A stretch of DNA of 64,000 nucleotides from contig JBHGNT010000013.1 in assembly GCA_043228905.1 (NCBI GenBank), positions 7,068,001 to 7,132,000 on the forward strand. Reading direction: 5' to 3'. The notes beneath the pieces were generated by a model. That model searched no databases. It worked only from the letters and a program-made list of their open reading frames with translations, and was not told the origin of the DNA. Of the stretch, positions 37,399 through 51,200 are shown in pieces. Position 1 is the first letter of the stretch. Every line of letters begins with the position of its first letter. The translations under genes and the position numbers were made by a program. Origin of the DNA: Azolla caroliniana (taxonomy: Eukaryota; Plantae; Polypodiophyta).

Positions 37399-40300
37399 TG
37401 TTGAGAGACAAGCTCAACATTCGGTGCGTAATCGGGTGCGTAACCCAGTGCGTAAACTGGGTGTGTAAAACTGTGCACACAATAGGCCGTAGTGGTGCGT
37501 AAACCGCGAGGCCGTTAGAAAGATATTCCTCGTAAGGGAATAATTTTGGGAGTTTGTGTAGTAGGCTCATTTATGAGCAGTCAAGTACTATCAGTACTTG
37601 TGTCAGCCCTATTATCAGGGCCTGTATAAAAGTTGCTGACGGAGCATGGTGTATGTATAGATTGAGTATTATTTGAATTGTGTTTTTGCGTATTCTCTCT
37701 CGCTCTGTCTCTCCCTCTCCATCTCCATCTCCATCTCCATTTCTACGTCTTCTATGTTTTACTGAACTGTCTTGTTCCTTCGAACTGTGTACATTGTGTT
37801 TCGCATACGCTTCCGCACAACGTATTCTTTTACATGGTATCAGAGCGTGAGGGTTGAAGTCCTTTGCAACCAACAAGAAATGTTTGTGACGAAACAAAGT
37901 TGAAGTTGTTCGCTTTCGGAGAAGAAAAAGACAGTACTATGGACAGAGGAATGGGAAGCTCACTTCCGACTGAAAAGCTTGATAGAAGCAACTACGCATC
38001 TTGGTCTTACAAGATGCACTAGTACCTGCTTGGCCATGTCTACTGGAGTTATGTCAAAGGAGCAAACGATATGGCACCCGACTCGACACACAGGGACTAT
38101 CGGGCTTGGGAACACGCGGCAAGTAGAGTGCTGTACTGCTTCACGTCGTGTGTGAGCGATCAGCTTTTGAGCTATATTCGGGATGCCAAGACGTCGAAGG
38201 ATGTGTGGGCGAATCTCAAAAGGATTTTCGCCGCCAGCACAATGGCCAGAAAGGTGCAGCTCAGATAGGAGCTCAACAATGTACGACAAAGAGATATGTC
38301 AGTGGCTGATTACACCACCAAGATCAAAGAAATTTGCAACTCTCTCGCCTCCGTCAACGTGAACGTCGAGGAAGATGAAATGGTGCAGGTTTGTCTTGGT
38401 GGGTTGGCGTCAAAGTTTGGACCTTTCCGAACAGCGGTTTGCACGAGAGAGATTATGCCTTCGTTTTTCGAGCTCCAGTCAATGTTGCTCGTAGAAGAAA
38501 ACCACGCGGGTGCGTTAATGAGTGTGCACGCCGATGACAAGATGCTTTACACGGAGGATGATAGGCCCTGTGGTCATGGTGGACGAGGCGGATCGGCACG
38601 CAATGGAAGCGGCCGAAAAGAGCAGAATCTATGGCATAATGGAGATGTCGGAAGCAATTCCGAACCCTTCGCAAGCAGGGGGAGTCATGGCGGCGTTGGA
38701 AGACGGTAAGAGAAGACCGCGCCAGAATGTTGGTATTGTGGCAAGAAAGGCCATAGGGAGAGCGAGTGCTGGAAGAAACAAGCCGACTCGGACAAAGCTA
38801 GACTGAGCGGAAGAGACGCAGGAAGGCGTCAAAGATCGCACTACGCCGAGGGCTCCGAATGAGCCCGAGATGGAGCGGGTCCTGCCTTCGTAATGAAGAA
38901 TAAGGCCAACTCAATGGCCGTGAACACCTCGTAATCAAGCGAGGTATGGTATGTCGATTCCGGAGCTTCAAATCATATGACGAGTCACGAGGAATGGTTT
39001 TTGTACTTGGAGAAGCCGGAATCACGAGGGGTTGTTGAAACGGGAGATGACACCCCGCATACCATCGAACATGTCGGTGAAGTTCCCCTCAGCCACATCG
39101 GGCCAAAGGGGAAGCTTATGAACGTGTTGCACGTCCCGACAATAATGAAGAACTTGGTGTCGGTCGGTTAGATCGTCAACCAAGGTATGCATGTTCGATT
39201 CATGCACCTCGACTGCTTCATAGAAGAGGAAGGCAAAGTAATTGCGCAAGGGTGCCATGAAGGGAGGATGTTTATCCTCGACACTAATAAAGCCGGAACT
39301 GTGTTGTACGCGAAAGGAAAAAAAGTCGAATCGGATATCGACTTGTGGCACAAGCGGTTCGGCCACGCAAATTTCCCACGGCTTCGTGAAATGCAAATGA
39401 AGAACATTGTTTTCAAGTTGCCGAAATTTCGTGGCCGGAATGGCCAAGTCTACAAAGCCTGTCAGATGGGAAAAGAGCATCGACTTCCATTCCCCAACGA
39501 GCGTAATCGGAGCCGTAATCTGCTCGATTTGATCCATTCGGATGTGTGGGGTCCGGCACAAAACACGAGTCTCGGTGGAAGCCGTTACTTTGTAACCTTC
39601 ATCAATGATTTCACTCGGTACACGTGGGCATGCACGATCGCAAAGAAGAGCGAAGTTTTCGCATGTTTCTTGGAGGTGAAGAGCCTTGTGGAAAGGGAAA
39701 CAGGGCGTAAGATCAAAGGCCTACGGTCCGATGGCAGGAAGGAGTACTTCTTCGAGCAGTTCACAAGTTATCTATGGAAGGAGGGAATTCGATGTGAATT
39801 CTCGTGTAGATATATGCCGGAGTAGAACGACGTAGCCAAGCGGAAGAATCAAACGATTGAAGAAGCGGCCAGGGCAATGCTTGAAGAGAAGCATATGCCA
39901 AAATTCTATTGGGCCGAAGCCGTGAAGACAGTTGTCTACCTGTAGAATCGAACTTCTGCTAATGGAGGAGTGTCGCCACATGAGTTGTATTTCGAAAAGA
40001 AACCGAACTTGGCACACTTGAGGATCTTCGGTAGCATTGCATATGTGCATGTGCCGAAGGAAAAGAGGAGGAAGCTAGACGCCAAAGCCAAAAAGTGCAT
40101 CTTAGTTGGCTATCTAGATGAACAGAAGGGGTATCAGTGCTATAACCCCCAAACAAAGGAAGTACGCATAAGCCACGATGTCGTGTTCGAAGAGTCCGCT
40201 TCGTGGTACTTACCTTCTCCTCCAAAACCTCATGACTCCATTCCGATTTCTGAAGACGAAGTCCGCGAGGCTGAGATGCCTCCATATGATGAGGACATCG

Positions 40301-43222
40301 GAGCTCTGAGAGAGAGTTCGATCTCATTCCGACTGCGTGGGCCTAATGAAGGGTTGGGCTGAGCTGGCGAACCAGATGATGAGACGGCAAGCAGTGGAGA
40401 CTCGGCCGTGATGTTCCCACATAAAGAACTGAGGAGACGGCTTACGCGTAAAGAGAAGGGCAAGAAGAAAATGCTGGAATACAATTTTGGTAGTGCCGAG
40501 TCAGTTCAAAGAGAATTTGACCTCGAGCCAGTCGAGAAGGAACCTCTACGGAAGAGGTTGAAATCGACCGAAAAGGTGGTGAACTCGGGTAATCACGGAT
40601 TATGCCAATCTACCCGCCTCAAGAACCTCGTAAAGAGATATGGGTATAATGAGTACATGGCGCACCATTACGCATACAAGAGACAAGTGGCGAAAGTGCG
40701 TGAGCTGGAGAGCTACGCAAAAGCGGCGAAAGACGCGAATTCGCGTGCCGCAATGGAGGAAAAGATGCGCGCATTGGCAGAAAATGAAACCTGGGACCTG
40801 GTTGACACACCGAAAGGTGTGACGCCGATCGGATGTAGGTGGGTGTACAAGGTCAAGTACAACACTGACGGCTCGGTCAACCGATACAAGGCTCGGTTAG
40901 TAGCGAAAGGTTACATGCACAAACACGACATCGACTACGATGAGATGTTCGCGCTGATCGCAAAGATGACAACCGTCCGTGTATTGCTCGCGGTAGCTGC
41001 GGTAAAGGGGTGACACTTACATCAGATGGATATAAAGAATGCGTTCCTTCAAGGTGAGCCTGAGGAAAAGGTGTACATGGTACAACCCCCCGGATTTCAC
41101 TCCGGAACGAACACTTCGGCGGTGTGCCGATTGAAGAAGTCCCTTTACGGACTAGAGCAAGCCCCACGTGCCTGGAACGCGAAGATCATGCAACAATTGC
41201 GTCAGATGGGCTTTGCAACGTCAAAATCGGACTCCTCATTGTTCATCCGAAAAGGTCGACTCGGGCTGTTTAGCGTTTTACCTTATGTTGATGACTTGGT
41301 CATCACCGATGCTGACCTAGGTGAGATTGACCGCGTGAAGCTCTAGCTTGCGGCATCATTCGACATGAAGGATCTGGGGGACCTTCACTACTTCCTCGAA
41401 ATCGAAGTGATCTGTACCCCCGAAGGCATATTGATCAGCCAACGTCATTACGCGTTGAATCTCTTCAAGTTCGGGATGGCAAACTGTAAGCCAATCTCGA
41501 CCCCTGTGGATAGAAATGCAAAGCTTCACCGAGATTCAGGGAAGGCATGGGACCTGACACGGTTCCGACAAATTGTCGGAAGCCTTATCTATCTGACAAT
41601 TACTCGGCCGGATCTTAGTTATCCAGTCGGCTTAATTAGTCAATTCATGTCGCGGCCTATGGCCGAACACTTTCAGTGCGCGCAACGGATATTGCGTTAT
41701 GTCAGCGGCCTGAAAGACATGGCGTTGTTTTATTGGACAGGCGTAGCCAAACAGTTAGTCGGCTACACGGATGCCGATTGGGCTAGAAAGGCCAGTGATC
41801 GTAGATCCACATCTGGATACGCCTTCTCATTAGGACATGTGGTAATCACGTGGAGCAGCAAAAAGCAACCGATAGTGGCACTGTCGAGCATGGAGGCCGA
41901 ATATCGAGGGGTGACTGTCGCTACGTGCGAAGTCATTTGGCTGAAACGGCTCTTACGGGATCTGTAGGTAGTGGTGTCTGATCCGATGACGATCTTTTGT
42001 GACAAGCTCAGTAGTATCCACCTTGCGAAGAACCCCGTTTTCCACGCCCGAACCAAGCACATTGAGGTGCATTACCATTTTGTTCGCGAACGGGTTCTTT
42101 CAGGTGAAGTTGAACTAATGCATGTTCCGACTAATCGGTAGGTTTCTGACATCTTCACCAAGCCTCTTGGTCTCAACAAGTTATGGCATTTCTGGGGTGA
42201 GCTAGGGTTGTGTCACCTTTACATGCCAAACTTGAGGGGGAGAAAGGAAGACGAACAGGAACAAGAGCGTGAAAGGAGCGGAGGTGTTCATCACAGCGGA
42301 AGTGACCGTGATGAGGAATCAGATGAAGAATTTGATTTCGGACCGGCTGAAGAAGCCGAAGAAGAAAGCAAGGGCCGCAATCGTAGGGAAGAGATGAGGA
42401 TAGCCGAATCCAGGGGAGATACAACCAAGAAGGGCATAAAGGCCAAGACCAAGATGTGGTCTGATGTAGACAAAGGCCTAAAGACAGGAGACGAATTGGA
42501 GACAGCCAATTCAGATGAGAGCGGAATTGAATCGGAAACGTTCGATTCAATCAGAATGTTCGATTCGGATACACCGAATCAACTGAAGGCCATGCGGAGA
42601 AAAGGGCAGCGAAGGACACGCCGACACCGCGATAACAAGGGAGCTGAGAAGGGTCGAACAAGTAGACAAGCCAACCGAAAGGGTTGAAACGCGTGGAATC
42701 GAACGGGTTGAGGAGCGCGAGCGAGCGTGAAGCCAGAAGGAACCGGAGCATAGATATGGAAGAACGGAGAGAACCTCAAGTTGATCTTGAGGGGAAGTGT
42801 TGAGAGACAAGCTTAACATTTGGTGCGTAAGCGGGTGCGTAACCCAGTGTGTAAACTGGGTGCGTAAAACCGTGCACACAATAGGCTGTAGCGGTGCGTA
42901 GACCGCGAGGCCATTAGAAAGATATTCCTCGTAAGGGAATAATGTTGGGAGTTTGTGTAGTAGGCTCATTTATGAGCGGTCATGTATTGTCAGTACTTGT
43001 GTCAGCCCTATTGTCAGGGCTTGTATAAAAGGTGCTCACTGAGCATGGTGTATGTAAAGATTGAGTATTATTTGAATTGAGTTTCTGTGTATTTTCTCTC
43101 TCTCTCTCTCTGTCCCTCTCCCTCTCCATCTCTGCGTCTTCTATGTTTTACCAAACTATCTTGTTGCTTCGAACTGTGTACTCTGTGTTTTGCATACGCT
43201 TCTGCACAACGTATTCTTTTAA
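37399..43222 (+). mobile_element. Full-length decayed Ty1/Copia element E (same family as A, G, I) nested in D1 pol
   Basis: LTRs 37399-37834 and 42798-43222; PBS TGGTATCAGAGC 37835-37846; PPT 42788-42797; degenerate TSD GAACC/GAAAT (GAAAC in the duplicate copy); gag-pol with many premature stops. Confidence 0.94.
37939..42687 (+). pseudogene. Disrupted gag-pol of Copia E with C-terminal extension
   Basis: MDRGMGSSLPTEKLDRSNYASW start; CWYCGKKGHRESEC; WYVDSGASNHM; YVDDL; RTKHIEVHY; many TAG/TAA stops. Confidence 0.9.
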
Positions 43223-45207
43223 GAAATGCTAATCGTTTTCTTTCGTCTGCTGATAGATGCTCGGGTGGTAACCCTATCGTAAGAGAAATTGTCATTTTTT
43301 TAATCCAAGCATCCTCGATCTCCTCATTTATTTCCTGCACTCTTACCGTCTCTAGTCGAAAGAGTTGGCCATCTGGAAAATCATCTTTAACTCCTGTGCT
43401 CTCTTCTCCCGACTTTAATCGGATAAGGTAATCTGCAACGGCATGTTGCACTCCTGGCTTATGCAAAATGCCGAATTCAAATTCCTAAAGTAATAGCGTC
43501 CAACGTGCCAGTTTGCCAGTTAATTCTTGTTTGGATACCAGATATAGTAAAGCGAAGTGGTTCACATGGAATGTAAATTTCTTTTACAGAAGGTAGTGTC
43601 GAAATTTGTTGATACTGTAAATCATTCCCAAAGCTTCCTTTTCAGTTGTCGAATAATTCCTTTCTGCTGTGGATAGTTTTTGAGTAGCGTAATAAAGTGG
43701 TCTGTACCAGCTTTGTTCGGATAACTGCGTTAGTGCGCTTCCTATTGCTACATCGGATGCATCGACAAACACATGAAATGGTTTGTTCCAATCAGGTGGT
43801 TGAACAACCGGAACTCTAGATAGCATTTTCCTTAGGCAGTTATAGGCATCCTGCTCCACACTCGTCCACTGGAAAGGTTTTTTATGCACCACTGTATGTA
43901 AGGGAATGGCAACATCAGCAAGATATCTGATCATTCTACTATGCCATCTAATTCTCCCTAAAAATGGACTAAGGCTCTTAGAGTTGGTTGGTGGTGGTGC
44001 CTTTAATACAACTTTGACCTTGTCTGGCTGAACTACAATTCCTTCTTGATTGACAATGTGTCCTAATAATGCTCCACTTGTAACTCCGAACACACACTTT
44101 GCTGGATTCAAGCTAAGCCGATCTTTCCGACATCGTTCCAAACACAATTGCAAATGTTCGAAATGTTTTGACTTCCGATTGTAGACAATAAAATTATCCA
44201 AGAAAACTTGCATGAATGTTGGAATGTATTCAACAAAAATTTCCTGTATGACTCTTTGAAATGTGGCTAGGGTTATTTTTAACCTGAACATCATTATGAC
44301 CGCCACGAATACCCCCCATTCGGTGACAAAGGCTGTCTTTTCTGGATCATCTGGATGCATTCTTGCCTGATTATACCCGCTAAAGCCATTTAGAAAACTA
44401 TACATTTTGTGACTAGCCACGAATATCCCGCAAAGGATATTCTCCAAGAGCCTTCAAATGAAGCACTACTACCGATATTTGAAAAGTGTGACCACCTAAA
44501 ACGTCATCCAATTGCCTAATTAATCTGATTGGTCGCACCATACTCGGCCAGTCTTAACCAGAATGGACATGCTTCCCATTTAGTGATACCAAGCTTGTCA
44601 CAAGTAGTTTTGTTAATTACATTTACTCTTGATCCATCATCTACAATAGCGCCATCTATTTGTTGGCCATGGATTATCACTCTTATTGATGGATTCTGCT
44701 CATCCATAATTGTCGGACTATTATTTGGCTGACTATAATTAACTGCTACCTGTTTTATCCCTTTCTGGGCAATCAAAGTTGTCACTTTCTCCATAAACCG
44801 TGGAACTAGTTTCAATAATCCCGTCAAGGGTAATGACACTTGGCAATCAACCAAGATTTTCCAAGCTTCCTCATGTTCTTGTACTGCCATTGCTCCTGGT
44901 AGCTTGTTAACCTGGTTTACTTCATTATCCTAAAGCATCCTGAACACATTATTTTTATTTGCTTCTTCCACCCATTCCTTGGCTGTTTTTCTAACAGTTT
45001 CATGGATTTCCTATTATGATTGTTTACCTTTATTTATAGTAATGACCTGTTGAATTTCTGGTATCACCATATTAACGACATGTGCTTTTCCTTTGTTTTT
45101 AGATGGTGTCGTAGTGTATTTCGTACACTACGTAAAAATGTATAAAATAACCGATTGAATAAATATGAAGAAAAAGAAAGAAATATCAAAATATATATTA
45201 CATGCAT

Positions 45208-45272
45208 AGGGCAAAATTCAAACCTTGTACCTTCATGTGAATAATGTAAAGCCTTACCATTACACTAACACA
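45208..45272 (-). ncRNA. Degenerate tRNA-derived A/B-box cassette in LTR F
   Basis: - strand TAGTGTAATGGTAAG (A box)...GAAGGTACAAGGTTTGAATTTTGCCC (B-box-like), alignable to 8690-8761. Confidence 0.55.
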
Positions 45273-45346
45273 TCATAAGTGTTACAAAGGCAGATATCCC
45301 ACATAGAAAGGTTTTTTCCACGCATATTTTCTAGGAAAAAGCTTTA

Positions 45347-45550
45347 GTTACACATGCACATCTAGCGTGCATGAACACTATAGTCGATAAAAACACACGA
45401 GGCACGTGATAGAAAAAAAAGTTACACATGCACATCTAGCGTGCATGAACACTATAGTCGATAAAAACGCATGAGGCACGTGATAGAAAAAAAAGTTACA
45501 CATGCACATCTAGCGTGCATGAACACTATAGTCAATAAAAACGTACGAGG
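45347..45550. repeat. 74-bp tandem repeat (~2.75 copies) in LTR F
   Basis: GTTACACATGCACATCTAGCGTGCATG starts at 45347, 45421, 45495; contains CACGTG and CATGCA. Confidence 0.9.
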
Positions 45551-45771
45551 TTAGAAAAAGCATGATCACTTTTAGAGAAAGGCATGTTAGAGAAAGCATA
45601 TAGTCTATAGTTAGAGAAAAAGCATGGATTGCTAAGACTCTCTTATCACTATATAAGGATGGGGAGCACAATGTAATAAGTGTGTGAAAACTTTAGAAAT
45701 TGGATATATTTCTAAAAAAACACCAATTAATAAATTATATTCGTGGGATTCACAAAATAAACTATACTCAT

Positions 45772-47352
<1,581 letters not shown>

Positions 47353-47966
47353 TGTTGAGCGGCAAGCTCAACCGGAGCCGGATCGGCTGAATAAGCCGGA
47401 GCCGGTAAGCGAGACGGATCAGGCGAAACGGATCGGTATGACGGTGAGCAACCGAACCGGCAAGCAGTGGAGGCCGGGTGCAATCCGTAACCGACAGTGC
47501 AATCGGAAGCCTAGTACAGGATAGACTACTGTTGAGGACTCGACGTTCCTTATGTCCGACGCTCGGCCACAACCGAGATTCTTTACATACACAGAAAAAT
47601 AGGTAATGAAACGCGACACAAAAGAGGAGAAATGGTGCATAGGAGGTATACGTGGAAAACCCCAAAATAGGGGGAAAAACCACGGCAGCCCACAAGCTGT
47701 AAACTATCACTATGCAGAAATATACAACAGTGAGGTCACTAAGGCAACGACCTCGTGCTCACAGATCTTCGCCACAGGCGGCGGTTACAACAGAGGCAAC
47801 GACCTCGTCTCTCTCTCTCTCTCTGTACAGTTACGCGCTCAGATTTCTTCTTGCAACAACAACGAAGAATAATAATAAGAATGACAACAACATTAAAAGT
47901 TTGCCCTAAGTCATATTTATACTAATATGACTTTTCGGCGATTTACAAATGTAGCCTCGATGGGCT

Positions 47967-48241
47967 CCATCCGACTCTCCGCAGTCGGGTACTCCTCATC
48001 CGGTTCATACTGGGCCTGCACCATCCGACTCTCCGCAGTCGGGTTCTCCTCATCCGGTTCATACCGGGCCTGCACCATCCGATTCTCCGCAGTCGGGTTC
48101 CCCTCATCCGGTTCATACTGGTCCTGCACCATCCGACTCTCCGTAGTCGGGTTCTCCTCATCCGGTTCATACCGGGCCTGCACCATCCGACTCTCCGCAG
48201 TCGGGTTCTCCTCATCCGGTTCATACCGGGCTGCACCATCC
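47967..48241. repeat. 54-bp tandem repeat x5 in U3 of H 3' LTR
   Basis: Unit CCATCCGACTCTCCGCAGTCGGGTTCTCCTCATCCGGTTCATACCGGGCCTGCA at 47967, 48021, 48075, 48129, 48183. Confidence 0.93.
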
Positions 48242-48272
48242 GGAGGGACCTGTCTCCCAACAAACTACCCCT

Positions 48273-51200
48273 TCACTCCGACATGGGGTGTCTTTCCAGC
48301 CTGATCCTCTTCCGGCATACGTCCAGCTTGTCGGGTGTCAGCACTTTGGTCAGCATATCTGACCCGTTCTCGGCCGTGTGGATCTTCGCCAATGTGAACT
48401 CCTGGTCATCTACCCTTTCCCGGATCCAGTGATACCTCCGCTGGATATGCTTTGTCCGGGAATGGTAGGCCGCATTCTTAGCAAGGTGGATGGCACTTTG
48501 ACTGTCGCAGTAGAGTCGGTATTCCTCTTGCCGGATACCGAGCTCCCCGATGAAGTCCTTCATCCATAATATTTCCTTGCCGGCTTCCACAGCCGCCATG
48601 TACTCCGCCTCTGTGGTTGACAATGCAACCGTCTTCTGCAGCCTCGACTGCCACGAGACAGCTCCCCCTGCATATGTCATCACATACCCAGATGTAGACC
48701 GGCTGGTATCCACATTAGCCGACATGTCCGAATCGGTGAAACCATCCAGTTGAGGTTTTCCGGAGCCGAATCGGAGACACATATTTGAAGTGCCCTTCAA
48801 ATACCGGAGTATCCACTTGACCGCGTTCCAATGCTCCTTGCCGGGATTACTCATGAACCGGCTCACCACTCCGACTGCGTATCCAATGTCCGGTCGGGTA
48901 CAAACCATTGCGTACATCAAGCTCCCGACGGCAGAGGCATATGGAATCTTCATCATATCTGCCTTCTCTCCTGTTGTCTTCGGGCTTTGCTTGCCGGACA
49001 ACTTGCAGTTTGCCGGAAGTGTCGATCCGACTGGTTTTGCATCTGACATGTTGAACCGGTGAAGCACCTTTGTCACATACTTCTCCTGTGACAGCCATAG
49101 TTGCTTCACTGACCGGTCCCGAATGATGTGCATCCCCAACATCTGTCTTGCCGGACCCAAGTCCTTCATTGAGAAGGTCCGGTTGAGAGCCTTCTTCAAC
49201 ATCCGTATTTTTCCTTGGTCTCGTCCGACGATCAACATGTCATCCACGTACAGGAGGAGTATCAGGAAATCCCCTCCTTCGAACTTCTTCACAAACACGC
49301 AGTGATCGGCTTGCGTCTTGTGGTACCCTTGATCGGTCATGAAGGAGTCGAACTTCCAATACCATTGCCGGGGAGCCTGCTTCAGTCCGTACAGGCTCTT
49401 CTTCAACCGGCATACCAGGTGCTCCTTCCCTTTCTCCACAAATCCTTCCGGTTGCTGCATGTAGATCTCCTCTTCGAGGTCGCCGTGAAGGAATGCCGTC
49501 TTCACGTCCAGCTGCTCTACCTCGAGATCCATGCTTGCTGCTATACTCAGCACCGTCCGGATGGAGGTCATCTTTACTACCGGGGCAAATATTTCGTCGA
49601 AGTCCACGCCCTTCTTCTGCTGGAACCCCTTCACCACGATCCTGGCTTTGTATCTCGGGGGGTTGCCGCCATCTCCCGGTTTCAACTTGTACAGCCACTT
49701 GTTTCGGAGTGCCCGCTTTCCTTTCGGCAGCTCCACCAATTTGTACGTATGGTTCTCATGCAGGGAATCCATCTCATCCTGCATGGCACTTAACCATTTT
49801 CGGCTGTGGGTGTCTTCCTTCACTTCTTCGAAGCTTTCCGGCTCCCCCTCATCGGTTAGCAGGACATGCTCTGCATCCGGAAATCTCCGGGGCGCCCTTC
49901 TCTCTCTGAGAGGATATCTACGTCTTCGGGCTTCGGTAATCGGTTCCTCCATTTGCTCTTCATCCGAATCCGATTCGGGATCTTGACCGGTTCTGGTCTC
50001 AGCTTCCTCTGCTTCTTCTTCTGCCGGTTCGGTATCCTCACCGTAACCGGCTAGTTCCTCGAGTGCTAATCGGTCTCTTGCCGGTTGGGTCTGCTCATTG
50101 TAAAGTCTATCCTTACCGGTCGACTCGGAATTCACTATCTTCTTCTCCGACTCCCAGTCGGCGAGCGTCTTGTCCTCCATGAAGATAATATCTCGACTCC
50201 GGAATACCTTCTTGTCGACCGGGTCCCACACTCGGTAGCCGAACTCGTCGTCACCATAACCGAGGAATATGCATGGCCGGGTCTTTGGATCTAGCTTTCC
50301 TCTCCGGTCCTTTGCTACATGCACGTACGCGAGACACCCGAACACCCTTAGATGCCGGTAGGACACTTCCTTACCGGTCCATACTCTCTGTGGCGTGTCT
50401 CCGTCCAGGGGCACTGAGGGTGATCTGTTTATCACATATGTCGTCGTCGACAGTGCCTCAGCCCAAAACTTCTTGGGTAGTTTTGCATGCGCTAGCATAC
50501 TCCGGACCCTCTCCATTATGGTCCGGTTCATCCTCTCGGCCAGTCCGTTTAGTTCCGGCGTCTTTGGCACGGTAAATTCGAGCCGGATTCCCTTCGAGCG
50601 GCAGTACTCCTCGAACTGCCCCCGGTACTCACCTCCGTTATCTGCTCGAACCGCCTTCAGCTTCCGGCCGGTTTCTCTTTCCACTCTCGCGTGGAGCTCT
50701 TTGAAGACGGATAACACCTGATCCTTCGTCTTCAGCGGTGTGGCCCACAGCTTCCGGCTGTGGTCATCTATGAACGTCACGAAGTACTGCGCTCCGGCAT
50801 GTGACTTCGTGTCTACTTGACAAACATCTGTATGCACCAACTCCAGTGGTGCATTACGTCTCATCGGTGGCCTTGGTCGGAAGGAGGTCCGGTTCTGCTT
50901 ACCGGCCAGACAATCAGTGCACTTCTCTAAATGCACGTTCTTCACTAGGATGAGGTTGTCGTCTGCAAGCCTCTTCATCCCCTTCTCACTCATGTGACAT
51001 AGCCTCTTGTGCCACAGCTCACCGGTAGTGTCGGAAGCCACGTTCACTTCTTCCGGACATAACCGGGCATTCATCAGGTACAGTGTGTTTACCTTCCGGG
51101 CCCGAGCCACAATCAGGCTCCCTTTGCTGAACTTCATGACACCGTTCCGGATGCTACCCGTGTAGCCTTCATCATCTAGCCGACCGGCTGATATCAGGTT

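Larger units (their letters stand above)
32749..45106 (-). mobile_element. Athila-like Ty3/Gypsy element D1 (decayed; interrupted by Copia E and by insertion F in gag)
   Basis: 3' LTR ~32749-33220 similar to the J LTR (CCTATAAAA.GGAACCGAAGGCATTGTAA); PPT AAAGGGGTGGGCGGA ~33221-33235; extra ORF 33299-35785; integrase 36200-37398; RH/RT/PR/gag end 43223-45106. Confidence 0.88.
45107..45771 (+). mobile_element. Partial Gypsy-type LTR F inserted in D1 gag, itself interrupted by Copia G
   Basis: Begins TGTCGT like the 8221 solo LTR and Gypsy C; shares GATATCCCACATAG and the tRNA-like cassette with the 8221 LTR; TATA CTATATAAG ~45649. Confidence 0.7.

Noticed and set aside
47967-48241. CRISPR-like array of palindromic repeats
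   Set aside because: Units are contiguous 54-mers with no unique spacers, lie inside both LTRs of a plant retrotransposon, and no cas genes are present
47917-48304. Repetitive ORFs (MVQARYEPDEENPTAESR)n as a protein gene
   Set aside because: By-product of a stop-free 54-bp (multiple of 3) LTR repeat that is open in several frames
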